In this document: piece after piece, positions 19,250-29,316 of the stretch | How positions within the stretch are numbered: position 1 is the stretch's first letter | Layout: every line of letters begins with the position of its first letter | Source: a bacterium | Lineage (GTDB): Bacteria; Electryoneota; Electryoneia; Electryoneales; Electryoneaceae | Assembly: GCA_963669175.1 (NCBI GenBank) | Contig: OY769902.1 | Location: 1,408,001 to 1,472,000, forward strand | Length of the DNA stretch: 64,000 nt | Reading direction: 5' to 3' | Position numbers and translations under genes: made by a program | The notes under the pieces: model-generated | Database searches by the model: none | What the model was told of the DNA's origin: nothing | Seen by the model: only the letters and a program-made list of their open reading frames with translations

Positions 19250-21346
19250 TTACAGCCCGGCGAACTTCTCCACATCTTCGTGGGGGCCGGAAACCAGCAG
19301 GACATCCCCGTTCTGCAGGACAAGGTCCGGTGTTGGTACAATACCGCTGCCGCCGCCTTCCAGATGGTGTGAGTGGCGACGAACCAGGATAATAGTAATC
19401 CCATATTTCTTGCGCAGGTCGATTGTACGCAGGTCTTTCCCGGTGAAGCGTGTCGGCACTTCAATCTCGGCCATAGAGTAGCCCGGCGCCAGTTGAGCAT
19501 GCGAGAAACGCTCGGATTCCAGTACGGATTGCGAGACACTTCCCATCAGGTCACGTTTCAGCAGGGCGGTATTGTATGCCTCGGTGACATCACCACGGTA
19601 GATCGTACCAAGCAGTTTGGTCGGATCGTTGGGATCAACCACCGGCAATTCGTCAAGGTTCTTACGAGCGTAATAACGTGTCACCAGGTCAAGATCATCG
19701 TTCGGAGTAACTCCGGCCACTTCAAGATTGGCAATATCATCCGCGACCAGCACCGGTTCCAGCGCTTCCACATCAAACAACACCGACCGGATTTCATGGA
19801 AGGAGATATAGCCCTTCAGCTTGTTATACTTGTCCATGACGAAGATCGTCTGGTGTTTCGAGGATGCCGAAATGGAATCCAGGAGAGGACGCAGGCGCAT
19901 GTTAAACGGAACGGAATGGTATTCCGGCCGCATCACTTCTGACACTTTCAACTCACGCAGGACGTTCATCTCGCGTCCCTGGTGAAGCACAATCCCCTTC
20001 GCGCGAAGCTTGATTGTGTAAATGCTGTCTTTCAGGAGACGGTTGCCTACGATTACGGCAATAATGGATGACAACATCAGGGGCAGAATAACTTCATACC
20101 CACCAGTCAATTCGAACAGGATCAGGATAGCCTGCATGGGTGCGCGAGTGGTGGCTGCCACGACTGCGGCCATACCTACCAGGGCATAGGCGCCATAATT
20201 CTCGACAACAATATCCGGCGTCATGAAATGCGCGCCATGCCAGACAACCCCGCCCAGCATGGCTCCCATAAACAGGGAAGGAGCGAAGATACCGCCGCTA
20301 CCGCCGGAACCGATGGTGGCCGATGTGGCAATAATCTTGGCTACCACCAGGAGGGCCAGCATGCTCAACGGTAGGGTGCCCATCAAAGCCAGCTCGATCA
20401 TATCGTAGCCGACACCGAACACATGGGGTAAACCAACCGCGCCCAGGGTACCGACAAAAATGCCTCCGAGGATAGGTTTGGTCAGTTCCGGGATCTTCAG
20501 CTTATGCTCAAACAGGTGTTCCGTATTGTGCAGAATCCAGGTAAACCCGACAGCGACAAAAGCCGCCGCAACACCAAGGATGGCGTAATGGATCAGCTCA
20601 AGGGGGCTTGCCATGGAGTAGCCGGGAATCTTGAAGGCCGGCTCGTTGCCAAGATGCAGACGGCTGACTGCGGTGGCGATCACGGAGGCGATAATGATGG
20701 GGCTCATGTGGACAATGCTGAATCCGCCGAGGATGATTTCCATGGCGAACAGCATACCCGCGACTGGCGCGTTGAAGGTTGCGGCGATACCGGCCGCTGC
20801 GCCGCAGCCGACAAAGGTTTTCAAACGACGCGGGTTCAACTTCAGTAATTGCCCCAGCGTAGAGGCGAATGTTGAGCCGATCTGAACAATCGGACCTTCC
20901 GATCCGGCCGATCCACCGGTACCGATACAGATGGCGGAAGCGATGACTTTCGCTGCTGCAACTCGTGGCCGGATAACACCACCCTTTACAGCCACCGCAG
21001 CCATCACTTCCGGGACACCATGCCCCTTCGCTTCGCTGGCGAACTTGGTGTAAATGGGAGCTGTTATCGCAGCACCGATGACCGGCAACAGGAATCGCCA
21101 GTACCACGGCAGGGATAACAGGTAATCGATCGTCGGATCGAACGCATGGAAAGACAACCATTGGACAGAATGGATCGCCCAACGGAACAATACCGTACCA
21201 TAACCCCCAACCAACCCAACAAGGACGGCAATCAGGAGGTCGCTTCTGTATTCGCGCGAAGCATAATCCTGCAAATCATCCCGGTTCGCTTTACCATACA
21301 GGATGTTTTGCAGGATCGGGTGCGAACGTAATGTAGACCAATTCAT
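19250..21346 (-). CDS. ClC-family chloride channel/antiporter with CBS pair and TrkA-C domain
   Basis: GHGVPEV, GSEGP (gating Glu), FNAP, GGIFAP signatures; CBS domains; C-terminal RCK-C-like domain (GKDLRTIDLRKKYGITII). Confidence 0.93.
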   Translation of the reverse strand: MNWSTLRSHPILQNILYGKANRDDLQDYASREYRSDLLIAVLVGLVGGYGTVLFRWAIHSVQWLSFHAFDPTIDYLLSLPWYWRFLLPVIGAAITAPIYTKFASEAKGHGVPEVMAAVAVKGGVIRPRVAAAKVIASAICIGTGGSAGSEGPIVQIGSTFASTLGQLLKLNPRRLKTFVGCGAAAGIAATFNAPVAGMLFAMEIILGGFSIVHMSPIIIASVIATAVSRLHLGNEPAFKIPGYSMASPLELIHYAILGVAAAFVAVGFTWILHNTEHLFEHKLKIPELTKPILGGIFVGTLGAVGLPHVFGVGYDMIELALMGTLPLSMLALLVVAKIIATSATIGSGGSGGIFAPSLFMGAMLGGVVWHGAHFMTPDIVVENYGAYALVGMAAVVAATTRAPMQAILILFELTGGYEVILPLMLSSIIAVIVGNRLLKDSIYTIKLRAKGIVLHQGREMNVLRELKVSEVMRPEYHSVPFNMRLRPLLDSISASSKHQTIFVMDKYNKLKGYISFHEIRSVLFDVEALEPVLVADDIANLEVAGVTPNDDLDLVTRYYARKNLDELPVVDPNDPTKLLGTIYRGDVTEAYNTALLKRDLMGSVSQSVLESERFSHAQLAPGYSMAEIEVPTRFTGKDLRTIDLRKKYGITIILVRRHSHHLEGGGSGIVPTPDLVLQNGDVLLVSGPHEDVEKFAGL

Positions 21347-21396
21347 GAGCTTGTTAAGCCCGACTGGCCTTCTCGCGATGGAAAAGGTCTACCGGA

Positions 21397-21891
21397 TCAG
21401 TTTTCCTGTTCGTGAGTTTCGCCCAGAATGTTAATAAACTGCTTTACTTTTACGTCATACGTACGAGCAGGTGTTTTAATCGTAACGATAGCTCCCGCGA
21501 CCGTGCCACGAAGCTGCTGGCCGATAGGGGAGCGGATAGAAATCATACCCTTCTTGACATCCATCTCTTCAGGCAACACCAATTCATAATTGACTTCTTT
21601 GCCTGCATCAATTTCTTCCAGGGTAACAGTAGAATATAATCCCACAGATTTGGGATCGATTTCTTTCAGGTTAATGCTCGCCAATTTTTCGTGACGTTTC
21701 TGAAGCTGAGCCAACCGAACCACCAGGTATCCCTGACGTTCTTTCGCTGACTCATATTCCGCATTTTCGGACAGGTCACCCTTTGCACGTGCTTCCTCGA
21801 TTCGTACGGGCAAATCCACTTCCAATTCATGCCGGGATGCTGCGATCTCGTCTTCCAGCTTCTGCTTGACAGCCTGGATCCGGTCCAACAT
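21397..21891 (-). CDS. greA: Transcription elongation factor GreA
   Basis: EARAKGDLSENAEYESAKE and ISIRSPIG motifs; purine-rich RBS (AAGGAAGGA) before Met 21891. Confidence 0.93.
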   Translation of the reverse strand: MLDRIQAVKQKLEDEIAASRHELEVDLPVRIEEARAKGDLSENAEYESAKERQGYLVVRLAQLQKRHEKLASINLKEIDPKSVGLYSTVTLEEIDAGKEVNYELVLPEEMDVKKGMISIRSPIGQQLRGTVAGAIVTIKTPARTYDVKVKQFINILGETHEQEN

Positions 21892-21915
21892 GCGGTCCTT
21901 CCTTTCCGTAGGATT

Positions 21916-21953
21916 AAAAAAATCGCATCGGAACCATACCACGGTCCCGATGC
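21916..21953 (-). terminator. Terminator-like hairpin in the greA 5' leader
   Basis: Minus strand GCATCGGGACC-gtggtat-GGTTCCGATGC followed by GA and T7. Confidence 0.65.
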
Positions 21954-21962
21954 ACACACCCA

Positions 21963-21991
21963 AAATTACACTTTCCTTGTTGCAAATGCAA
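21963..21991 (-). promoter_or_regulatory. Candidate sigma70 promoter for greA
   Basis: Minus strand TTGCAT-N17-TAATTT directly upstream of the leader hairpin. Confidence 0.4.
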
Positions 21992-22093
21992 GGGTTATCT
22001 CAGGCCTACCGCCCTGATTCCTCCCCTTGGAAGGGACGTCAATGTCCTATGTTAACCTGGAAACGGATTGAAAGATGTGTCCCAGCCAACAAA

Positions 22094-22381
22094 TCAGTAT
22101 TTGACGTCAAAGCCGTTGACCAGACCGTCAGGCTCACTCCAGTCCACATCCACAGATCGGACAATGGAATAGGATGGCCCCTGGTATAGATAATCAATCA
22201 AGGTGTCCAGATCCTGCTTCGGTCCTTCCGCCAGAACTTCCACTCGTCCATCGTGCAGGTTCCGTGTCCACCCGTTCAGATTCAGCTTTCGCGCTTGCTG
22301 GATCACGAACCAGCGAAACCCGACACCCTGCACTCTTCCGGTGACGAACCCGTGAAACTGGGCCAAAGTTCTGTCTGCCAA
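22094..22381 (-). CDS. acyP: Acylphosphatase
   Basis: GRVQGVGFR and GWTRNLHDGRVEV motifs. Confidence 0.95.
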   Translation of the reverse strand: MADRTLAQFHGFVTGRVQGVGFRWFVIQQARKLNLNGWTRNLHDGRVEVLAEGPKQDLDTLIDYLYQGPSYSIVRSVDVDWSEPDGLVNGFDVKY

Positions 22382-22400
22382 GGATTCTCTCCCGTTTCTA

Positions 22401-23723
22401 TTATGGCCTGAGACGATGAATCATCCTCGGGAACGGAATCGCTTCCCGCAGGTGATGAATCCCCGACAACCAGGTGATGGTGCGTTCGATGCCGAGTCCG
22501 AAGCCGGAATGCGGAACGCTGCCGTACTTTCGCAGATCGAGGTACCACTGGAACGGTTCCACCGGCAGTTCATGTTCCTCGATACGTTTCAACAGCGTAT
22601 CATGATCATCTTCACGTTGCGAACCGCCGATTACCTCTCCATATCCTTCCGAAGCCAGCATGTCGAAACCGAGCACCTTGGTTTCATCTTCCGGATCGCG
22701 TTTCATGTAGAACGCTTTGATCGCGGCGGGGAAGCGGTGCACCATGACCGGACGGTCATAGGCTTCACCGATGATGGTCTCATGCTTCGCGCCGAAATCT
22801 TCACCCGGTTCAAATTTCGCGTCTTCATCTTCCGGGTGTTCCGCAGCATACTTCACCAGGATGTCGCAGCATTCTTCGTAGCTCAAGCGTGGGAACGGCT
22901 TCTTGATCGCTTCCAGCTTGCTGATGTCACGCTCGAGCGTGTTCAGCTCGTCCATGCGCTTCTCAAGCAGACGCTCGACTACGTACACGATCATATCTTC
23001 AGCCAATTCCATGTCGCCATCCAGGTCGAGGTAGGCGACTTCCGGCTCCAGCATCCAGAATTCGGTCAGGTGACGCCGGGTCTTGGATTTTTCCGCGCGG
23101 AAGGTCGGGCCGAAAGTATACACCTTGCCCAGCGCCATCGCGCCGGCTTCGGCATAAAGCTGACCGGACTGGGTCAGGTACGCGGTCGTATCGTAATATT
23201 CCGTCTCGAACAGCGTGGTTGTTCCTTCCACGGCGTTCGGGGTGAACATGGGAGTATCGAACTGTACGAATCCACGGTTGTTAAAGAAGTCCCGTAACGC
23301 CCAGATGATCTCATGACGAATACGAAGCAAGGCAACCTGACGTTTGCTGCGTAACCAGAGGTGACGGTTATCCAGCAGGAACGTGGTGCCGTGTTCCTTG
23401 GGCGAAATCGGGTAATCAACCGAATCACCGATTTTCTCAAATCCGGTCATGGTCAATTCGAAGCCGCCCGGGGCGCGTTTGTCAGCACGGACGTTGCCAC
23501 GGACCACAATGGAAGTTTCCTGGGTCAGGGTCTTGACCAGGTCAAACTGTTCCTGGCCGATATCGTTAATGGCCGCTACAGCCTGTACAATTCCGGTGCC
23601 GTCGCGCACCATCAGGAACGCGATTTTCCCACTGCTGCGCATGTTGTACAACCATCCGGTCACTTCTACTTCTTCACCAACGTGATCTTTGAAGTCTTCG
23701 ATGTAAACTCTAGTCGTGCTCAT
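22401..23723 (-). CDS. asnS: Asparagine--tRNA ligase
   Basis: OB-fold N-terminus; YLTQSGQLY, FRAEKSKTRRHLTEFW, YLDLRKYGSVPHSGFGLGIER motifs. Confidence 0.95.
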   Translation of the reverse strand: MSTTRVYIEDFKDHVGEEVEVTGWLYNMRSSGKIAFLMVRDGTGIVQAVAAINDIGQEQFDLVKTLTQETSIVVRGNVRADKRAPGGFELTMTGFEKIGDSVDYPISPKEHGTTFLLDNRHLWLRSKRQVALLRIRHEIIWALRDFFNNRGFVQFDTPMFTPNAVEGTTTLFETEYYDTTAYLTQSGQLYAEAGAMALGKVYTFGPTFRAEKSKTRRHLTEFWMLEPEVAYLDLDGDMELAEDMIVYVVERLLEKRMDELNTLERDISKLEAIKKPFPRLSYEECCDILVKYAAEHPEDEDAKFEPGEDFGAKHETIIGEAYDRPVMVHRFPAAIKAFYMKRDPEDETKVLGFDMLASEGYGEVIGGSQREDDHDTLLKRIEEHELPVEPFQWYLDLRKYGSVPHSGFGLGIERTITWLSGIHHLREAIPFPRMIHRLRP

Positions 23724-24727
23724 GTGTGTTCTACCTTCAGCGAACGGGTCATCAGTTCAATCACCGCATCACGCGGTGATGCTTCTTCAAACAAAATGCG
23801 GTACACCTGCTCCGTGATCGGCATCTCCACGCCGGTTTTGTGGGAGAGGTTATAGACGGACTGCGTCGTGGCAACACCCTCGGCGACCATGGTCATGTTC
23901 TTCAGGATGTCGTTCAGGGAACGGCCGCGTCCCAGTTCTTCGCCTACGTGACGATTTCTGCTGTGCCGGCTGGTACAGGTGGTGATCAAGTCACCCATAC
24001 CCGATAATCCGGCAAAGGTCTCCTGTCTGCCGCCAAGATGCACTCCCAGGCGAGCCATTTCAACCAGGCCACGTGTCATCAACGCGCCCTTGGTGTTATC
24101 GCCGAAACCGAGACCATCACACATGCCGGTCGCAATGGCGATAACATTCTTCAACGCTCCCCCCAACTCGACACCGGTCCGGTCATCGCTGGCATAAACC
24201 CGGAAGCTTTGGCCGCTGAACCAGTGCTGCACCTGTTTTGCCAGGCTCAAGTCCGGACAGGCGGCTACGACTGTCGTCGGCAGATTCCTGGATACTTCTT
24301 CCGCATGACTTGGGCCGGACAGGGCAACAAAACGGTCGTGTACTTCCGGGCCAAGTATCTGGCCCGCCACATCGGAAATCTGCATCAGGGTTTTGTTCTC
24401 AATTCCCTTGGAAGCGCCGATCCAGATAGCGTCTTTGGGAATATCGGTGACTTTCTCCAAGGCTGACCGTACAAACTGCGTCGGTACGACCATCAGCACA
24501 GCTTCTCGACCATGCAACGCTTCGTTCAAGTCAGACGTGACTTCCAGGCCATCCGGGAACGGGATTCCGGGTAAGAATTCCCGGTTAACCCTCTCTTTTT
24601 TCAATCGTTCGGCTGCATCCGGACGAAACTCCCACAACATGACTTTATGGTTATCCGTATGCTGCTTCAGCAGTATTGCCAGGGCGGTGCCCCAGCTTCC
24701 CGCGCCGAGTACCGCAAAATCAGCCAT
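23720..24727 (-). CDS. gpsA: NAD(P)H-dependent glycerol-3-phosphate dehydrogenase
   Basis: GAGSWGTALA, SKGIE, LSGPSHA, GALKNVIAI, GDLITTC..SRN motifs. Confidence 0.96.
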   Translation of the reverse strand: MADFAVLGAGSWGTALAILLKQHTDNHKVMLWEFRPDAAERLKKERVNREFLPGIPFPDGLEVTSDLNEALHGREAVLMVVPTQFVRSALEKVTDIPKDAIWIGASKGIENKTLMQISDVAGQILGPEVHDRFVALSGPSHAEEVSRNLPTTVVAACPDLSLAKQVQHWFSGQSFRVYASDDRTGVELGGALKNVIAIATGMCDGLGFGDNTKGALMTRGLVEMARLGVHLGGRQETFAGLSGMGDLITTCTSRHSRNRHVGEELGRGRSLNDILKNMTMVAEGVATTQSVYNLSHKTGVEMPITEQVYRILFEEASPRDAVIELMTRSLKVEHT

Positions 24728-25361
24728 TGGTTTTCTCCGTGTTTGAACTCATGCCCAGTTCGGCGCCCTTTCGGAGCCGTTCCAGGTTGTGCCGATGCGT
24801 CGCGCCCAGAATCATCGGCACCAGAAGTCCCCAGCCCAGGCTGGCGACACTGCGCTTGCCCTCGAAGAGATAAAGCGCAAAGGGGAACATCAACGCTGCA
24901 ACCAGTGAGGCAAGTGAAAAGGTGCGAGTGACGCGTAGCGTGGTAATCCAGGTCATCAGTGACAGGGATGACGCTAGCGGGGCCATGGCTACAACCGCAC
25001 CGGCAGATGTTGCAACGCCTTTGCCGCCCTTGAAATGGGTAAACACCGGCCAGAGATGCCCGCTGACAGCCGCGAGGCCCAGCATGACCTGCATGGTTTC
25101 TTTATTCAGGCTACGGTCGCGTGGTTGCAATTTCGTTTCGAAAACCTCAACCAGCCGTACCGGTAAATACCCCTTGAACATGTCCAGGGTAAGCACCATC
25201 ATGGCCCAGCGCGCGCCCATGCAACGATAGACGTTGGACGCGCCGGGATTCCCGCTGCCTTCGGAAAAGATGTTGATCTTGCCGAACACACGCGCCACCA
25301 GCCAGGCCGTCGGAAACGCCCCAAACAGGTAAGACATCACTATCGCGCCCAGCAGTCTCAC
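24720..25361 (-). CDS. plsY: Glycerol-3-phosphate acyltransferase PlsY
   Basis: GSGNPGASNV, DMFKG, GH.WPVF..FKGGKGVAT, HRHNLERL motifs; GTG 25361 preceded by GGGAGAG. Confidence 0.93.
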   Translation of the reverse strand: MRLLGAIVMSYLFGAFPTAWLVARVFGKINIFSEGSGNPGASNVYRCMGARWAMMVLTLDMFKGYLPVRLVEVFETKLQPRDRSLNKETMQVMLGLAAVSGHLWPVFTHFKGGKGVATSAGAVVAMAPLASSLSLMTWITTLRVTRTFSLASLVAALMFPFALYLFEGKRSVASLGWGLLVPMILGATHRHNLERLRKGAELGMSSNTEKTNG

Positions 25362-25385
25362 TCGCTCTCTCCCATATACATGCTT

Positions 25386-25533
25386 AACAGGATGCAAGGA
25401 TAAAAGGATGCCAAGGATAAAAACAATTTTTGCTATTCAATACAAAAGCACAAATTTTCAGTAGCTTACAATTACAATTACTATTACTGTTGATTCCGTT
25501 ATCCTTATTATCCTATCATTCTACTATCCTGTG
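25386..25533. repeat. Imperfect inverted repeat with (AGGAT)n and (ATCCT)n arms
   Basis: AACAGGATGCAAGGATAAAAGGATGCCAAGGATAA ... TTATCCTTATTATCCTATCATTCTACTATCCTGTG around an AT-rich core. Confidence 0.55.
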
Positions 25534-25542
25534 AGTCAAATA

Positions 25543-26556
25543 TTATGCTTTGACGATAGAACCGATGCGAACCGGTTTAATCCCGACATTCATCGCATGC
25601 AGGATAATCTCATTCGCCTTTTCCGGCGGGATAACCAGCACCCAGCCGATGCCAAGGTTGAAAGCACGTCGCATATCCTCAACCGGCACCTCGCCCATTT
25701 CCATGATATGACGGAACAGGGGTGGCATTTCCCAACTATCCCACTCAACCCGGGCTTTCAGGCCGGAAGGAATGATACGTTTTGTATTACCCTCAATACC
25801 GCCGCCGGTAATGTGCGCCATGCCATGAATTGTTGCCCCGCGCTCGATCATGGGCCGGACGATATTCAGATAGCAGGTATGCGGCGCCAGCAGGGCATCC
25901 GCGACGCCAACGTCCATTCCTTCAAGCACATCATCCGGATTCAGGCCGCCATCATCAATCAGCACCTTACGGGCCAACGTGTAACCATTGGTATGGAGCC
26001 CGTTGGACGGCAGCCCGACCAGCAGGTCACCCTCGCGAATGGTGGAGCCGTTAATCAGTTTCGCTTTGTCAACGACACCGAGAATGGTCCCGGCAAGATC
26101 GTAGACGCCATCGTGATACACGGATGGCATTTCCGCAGTTTCACCACCAAGCAGCGCAATGCCGGTATCCTTGCAGGCAGATGCCAGTCCGGTCAGTACG
26201 GCTTCCGCTACGTCCACATCCAGTTTTGCGGTAGCGTAGTAGTCCAGGAAGAATAGCGGACGTGCGCCACAGGTGAAAATGTCATTGACACAATGATTCA
26301 CCAGGTCGCGTCCGATGTTGCCGTGCTTGTTTGCCCACTCGGCAACCTTGGTCTTGGTTCCCACGCCATCGGTGGAAGCGATCAGAACCGGTTCTTCCAT
26401 GTCGGAAGCATCCAGTTTAAAAGCTCCGCCGAATAGTCCCAGGTCGGTCTGAACTTCAGGGCCGAAGGTTTCACGAACCTTAGGCTTGATGCGATCTATC
26501 AGTTCTTCACCGGCAGAAATGTTTACGCCGGCATCTTTGTAACTGGTCGGAGCCAC
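25543..26556 (-). CDS. purM: Phosphoribosylformylglycinamidine cyclo-ligase (AIR synthetase)
   Basis: YKDAGV, STDGVGTK, GARPLFFLDY, GGETAEMP, SNGLHTNGY, AHITGGG motifs. Confidence 0.96.
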   Translation of the reverse strand: MAPTSYKDAGVNISAGEELIDRIKPKVRETFGPEVQTDLGLFGGAFKLDASDMEEPVLIASTDGVGTKTKVAEWANKHGNIGRDLVNHCVNDIFTCGARPLFFLDYYATAKLDVDVAEAVLTGLASACKDTGIALLGGETAEMPSVYHDGVYDLAGTILGVVDKAKLINGSTIREGDLLVGLPSNGLHTNGYTLARKVLIDDGGLNPDDVLEGMDVGVADALLAPHTCYLNIVRPMIERGATIHGMAHITGGGIEGNTKRIIPSGLKARVEWDSWEMPPLFRHIMEMGEVPVEDMRRAFNLGIGWVLVIPPEKANEIILHAMNVGIKPVRIGSIVKA

Positions 26557-26849
26557 TGTATAACCTCACGTGAATTTACAGGCATGATCCCAAAATACGA
26601 ACAATCGAAGGAGTATAGACTCTTTTCTGTGCCGGAGCAACTGGTAAACTCGAGCCCGTCGGTTTCACACGGGAACACCGGTCTCGTCATATTGCTCCTC
26701 TTGCCTTGTCACACCGGCGTCACTAACTCAGATCGAGCGAGCAAGTATTATATTAGGCTGACAATGACACGTTGCCTGTGGGCCGATTCATGTGAACCGA
26801 TCCACGAGCAGCACAAACACAGAACCATGACAGTGCAGAGGAACAGAGG

Positions 26850-27866
26850 TTGCGAGCTTTATTCTTCAGCGATTTGCATCTTAGGGTAGGACCACGAGAT
26901 CACCTCAGGCCGGAACTGCGACGTTCCATGAAATGGTCGTTGTGTGTTGGTAATTGGATGATGGACCGTTTTGAAGACCGCCTTCGTTATGAAGCGGACC
27001 AGGTCATTGATGTCGTGGATGTATGGCTGGACCGGAAGACCAAAGGCTATGACCTGTTGATCAATGGCGGTGACAATATCATGCCTCTGAGTCGTAGCGA
27101 GGACCGGATTGATGCGGCGGGGCTGATCTGGGTGCATCAGCTTGAACGCTGGGGTGAGGAACGCCTGCTTGCGTTAAACGGAAATCATGAGCTTGGTCAC
27201 GGGTATTACCCTGACCCGCAGAGTTATCCTGAATTGCTGAAGTTACGCAGTGAGCTGTTCAAGCGGGAGATCAACCTGACCGGGTACGGTGTGGAGGATG
27301 TGCCGGGGGGACAGATTATTGCCCTGGACAGTGAACTGGCGTTTCTGGCCGGATTGTACGCATCCAATAAATTTATCGTATCCCATGCGGAAACCATGCG
27401 AGAACAGATTGAAGCGGCGTTGCGCAAGACAGGGCACATCCTGGTCATTACCCATAATACCACACGCGCACGTAAATGGTTGCAGGCTGAAGGATTATGG
27501 CAGGATCTGATCCGCGATAACCGTGAAGCGGTCCTGGTGGGCGGTCATTTTCATATCCCGCGCGGGTTCTGGCAGGATGGCGCGGCCATTCACTGGTGTG
27601 GCGGAGCGTCCTATCCTGAACCGTGGCTCAGGTGGTTTGTTCATGCGCCTCGTTCTGGATTCCGCACCAAAGGACCGGGCGCGGTCGAGGTGGCTTTCTC
27701 GGAAACTCAGGATCAGCAGGGGAATATCGCAGCAAGCAATGGAAATGCCGGGATCAAGGTGAAACATGTTTCTTATGAAGTTCCATTTAAACAATCCAAA
27801 CTGAGCCGAGTCTTATTGAAAAGAAAAACGCGTTCAAAGGCCAAAAATCCCAAAACGGGCTTGTAG
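26850..27866 (+). CDS. Calcineurin-like metallophosphoesterase
   Basis: SDLH, GGD, GNHE, H and GHFH metal-binding motifs in the canonical order. Confidence 0.8.
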   Translation: MRALFFSDLHLRVGPRDHLRPELRRSMKWSLCVGNWMMDRFEDRLRYEADQVIDVVDVWLDRKTKGYDLLINGGDNIMPLSRSEDRIDAAGLIWVHQLERWGEERLLALNGNHELGHGYYPDPQSYPELLKLRSELFKREINLTGYGVEDVPGGQIIALDSELAFLAGLYASNKFIVSHAETMREQIEAALRKTGHILVITHNTTRARKWLQAEGLWQDLIRDNREAVLVGGHFHIPRGFWQDGAAIHWCGGASYPEPWLRWFVHAPRSGFRTKGPGAVEVAFSETQDQQGNIAASNGNAGIKVKHVSYEVPFKQSKLSRVLLKRKTRSKAKNPKTGL

Positions 27867-27977
27867 TTTTCAAAGAAACTTTGCTATACTTACAGGTGGA
27901 ACGATTTCTGTAAAGCGATCCGCTTGTTGTAATGCTTGCAGTATGATACAAGCTCATAAACGACAACCGAGGAGCGT

Positions 27978-28670
27978 ATGCTCTACGCTGTCCATCAACC
28001 GCATTACCTTCCATACCTTGGTTACCTCGCAAAAGTCGATTGTGTGGATACTTTTGTTTTTCTTGAAGATGTCCAATTTGTAAAGCGTGAATTCCAGAAC
28101 CGCAATAAAATCAAGACACCGCAAGGCGCTCAATGGCTGACAGTGCCTGTGAAAGGGGAATACAAGGCGCGGATCAGCGAGATGCTGCCCGACCATGAAA
28201 AAGACTGGGCGCGACAGCATGTTGAGACCCTGCGAAGAAATTACTCGAAGGCTCCGTTTATAGATGAGCTGGACGGTTTTGCAAAGGTGGTAGTGCAGTC
28301 CTATCCGAATCTTGCGGAACTGGGTATGGCTACCACCCGGTTTTTCCTGGAACGATTCGGGATTCATACCCCGGTGCAGGGGATGAAGGATTTCAAGAAC
28401 CTTCCTGAAGATCCCAACCTTCGTATAATCACAATTGGACAACAATTGAATGCGGATGTCTATCTTGCCGGGATTGGTGGGAAAAACTACATGGATCTGG
28501 ACTTGTTTGCGCGGGAAGGGGTTCACGTAGAGTTCTTTGATTTTCATCCGGAACCTTATCCACAGCAGAATGCTGATTTTCTACCATATATGGGGGCGAT
28601 CGACTTGTTGTTGAACGCCGGGCCGGACGGGTTTGACAAGTATGTCCGGCCAACACTAAAGGGAGATTGA
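27978..28670 (+). CDS. WbqC-like protein
   Basis: HQPHYLPYLGY, DVQF...QNRNKI, WLTVPV, NYSKAPF, GGKNY, IDLLLN motifs. Confidence 0.9.
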   Translation: MLYAVHQPHYLPYLGYLAKVDCVDTFVFLEDVQFVKREFQNRNKIKTPQGAQWLTVPVKGEYKARISEMLPDHEKDWARQHVETLRRNYSKAPFIDELDGFAKVVVQSYPNLAELGMATTRFFLERFGIHTPVQGMKDFKNLPEDPNLRIITIGQQLNADVYLAGIGGKNYMDLDLFAREGVHVEFFDFHPEPYPQQNADFLPYMGAIDLLLNAGPDGFDKYVRPTLKGD

Positions 28671-28672
28671 TT

Positions 28673-29302
28673 ATGCATACGCAAGGACCATTGCGTGTTC
28701 TGGCGCTTGGCGCTCACCCGGATGACTGGGAGATCGGGTGTGGTGGCTCCATGCTACGCTATGCTGCAGAAGGGAACGACATGTTTCTGTATGTGGCGAC
28801 AAAGGGCGAACGTGGTGGTGATCCTGCTACAAGGCAACGTGAAGCGGAACGCTCAGGCGATATGATCGGAGCGAAAGATATCTTCTGGGGCGGGTTTATA
28901 GACTGCGAGATCCCTAATGGTCTTCCGCTGATCCAGAATATTGAAAAGACGATAAAACTGGTGAATCCTCACGTCGTATTTGTGCATTCGCCCCATGATA
29001 CTCATCAGGACCATCGCGCTCTTGCCATAGGAGCTCAGTCAGCGGCGCGCAGGGTGCCGAACCTCCTGTTCTACGAGAGCCCGACAACCCAGCACTTCAG
29101 CCCGTCCGTGTTTGTCAATATCGAGTCGACGATCACCCGGAAAATGGACTTGCTGGAGGCTCACTTCTCACAGGTCGCTCGTACGAATATCGAAGGCTTG
29201 CCTATTACAGACATTGCCAAGGGGTCTGCGATACGTAGAGGGATTGAGATTTACAAGAAATACGCTGAAGCTTTCATGCCCAATCGAATGTTCCTGCTTT
29301 AG
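28673..29302 (+). CDS. PIG-L/LmbE family deacetylase
   Basis: GAHPDD.EIGCGG, R..EA, DTHQDH, YAEAF motifs. Confidence 0.92.
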   Translation: MHTQGPLRVLALGAHPDDWEIGCGGSMLRYAAEGNDMFLYVATKGERGGDPATRQREAERSGDMIGAKDIFWGGFIDCEIPNGLPLIQNIEKTIKLVNPHVVFVHSPHDTHQDHRALAIGAQSAARRVPNLLFYESPTTQHFSPSVFVNIESTITRKMDLLEAHFSQVARTNIEGLPITDIAKGSAIRRGIEIYKKYAEAFMPNRMFLL

Positions 29303-29316
29303 GAGAGCAAGAATTC

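Noticed and set aside
22416-23297. 293-aa antisense ORF, and similar ones opposite purM, the EcsC-like gene and GT4
   Set aside because: Antisense shadows of well-supported genes caused by codon bias.
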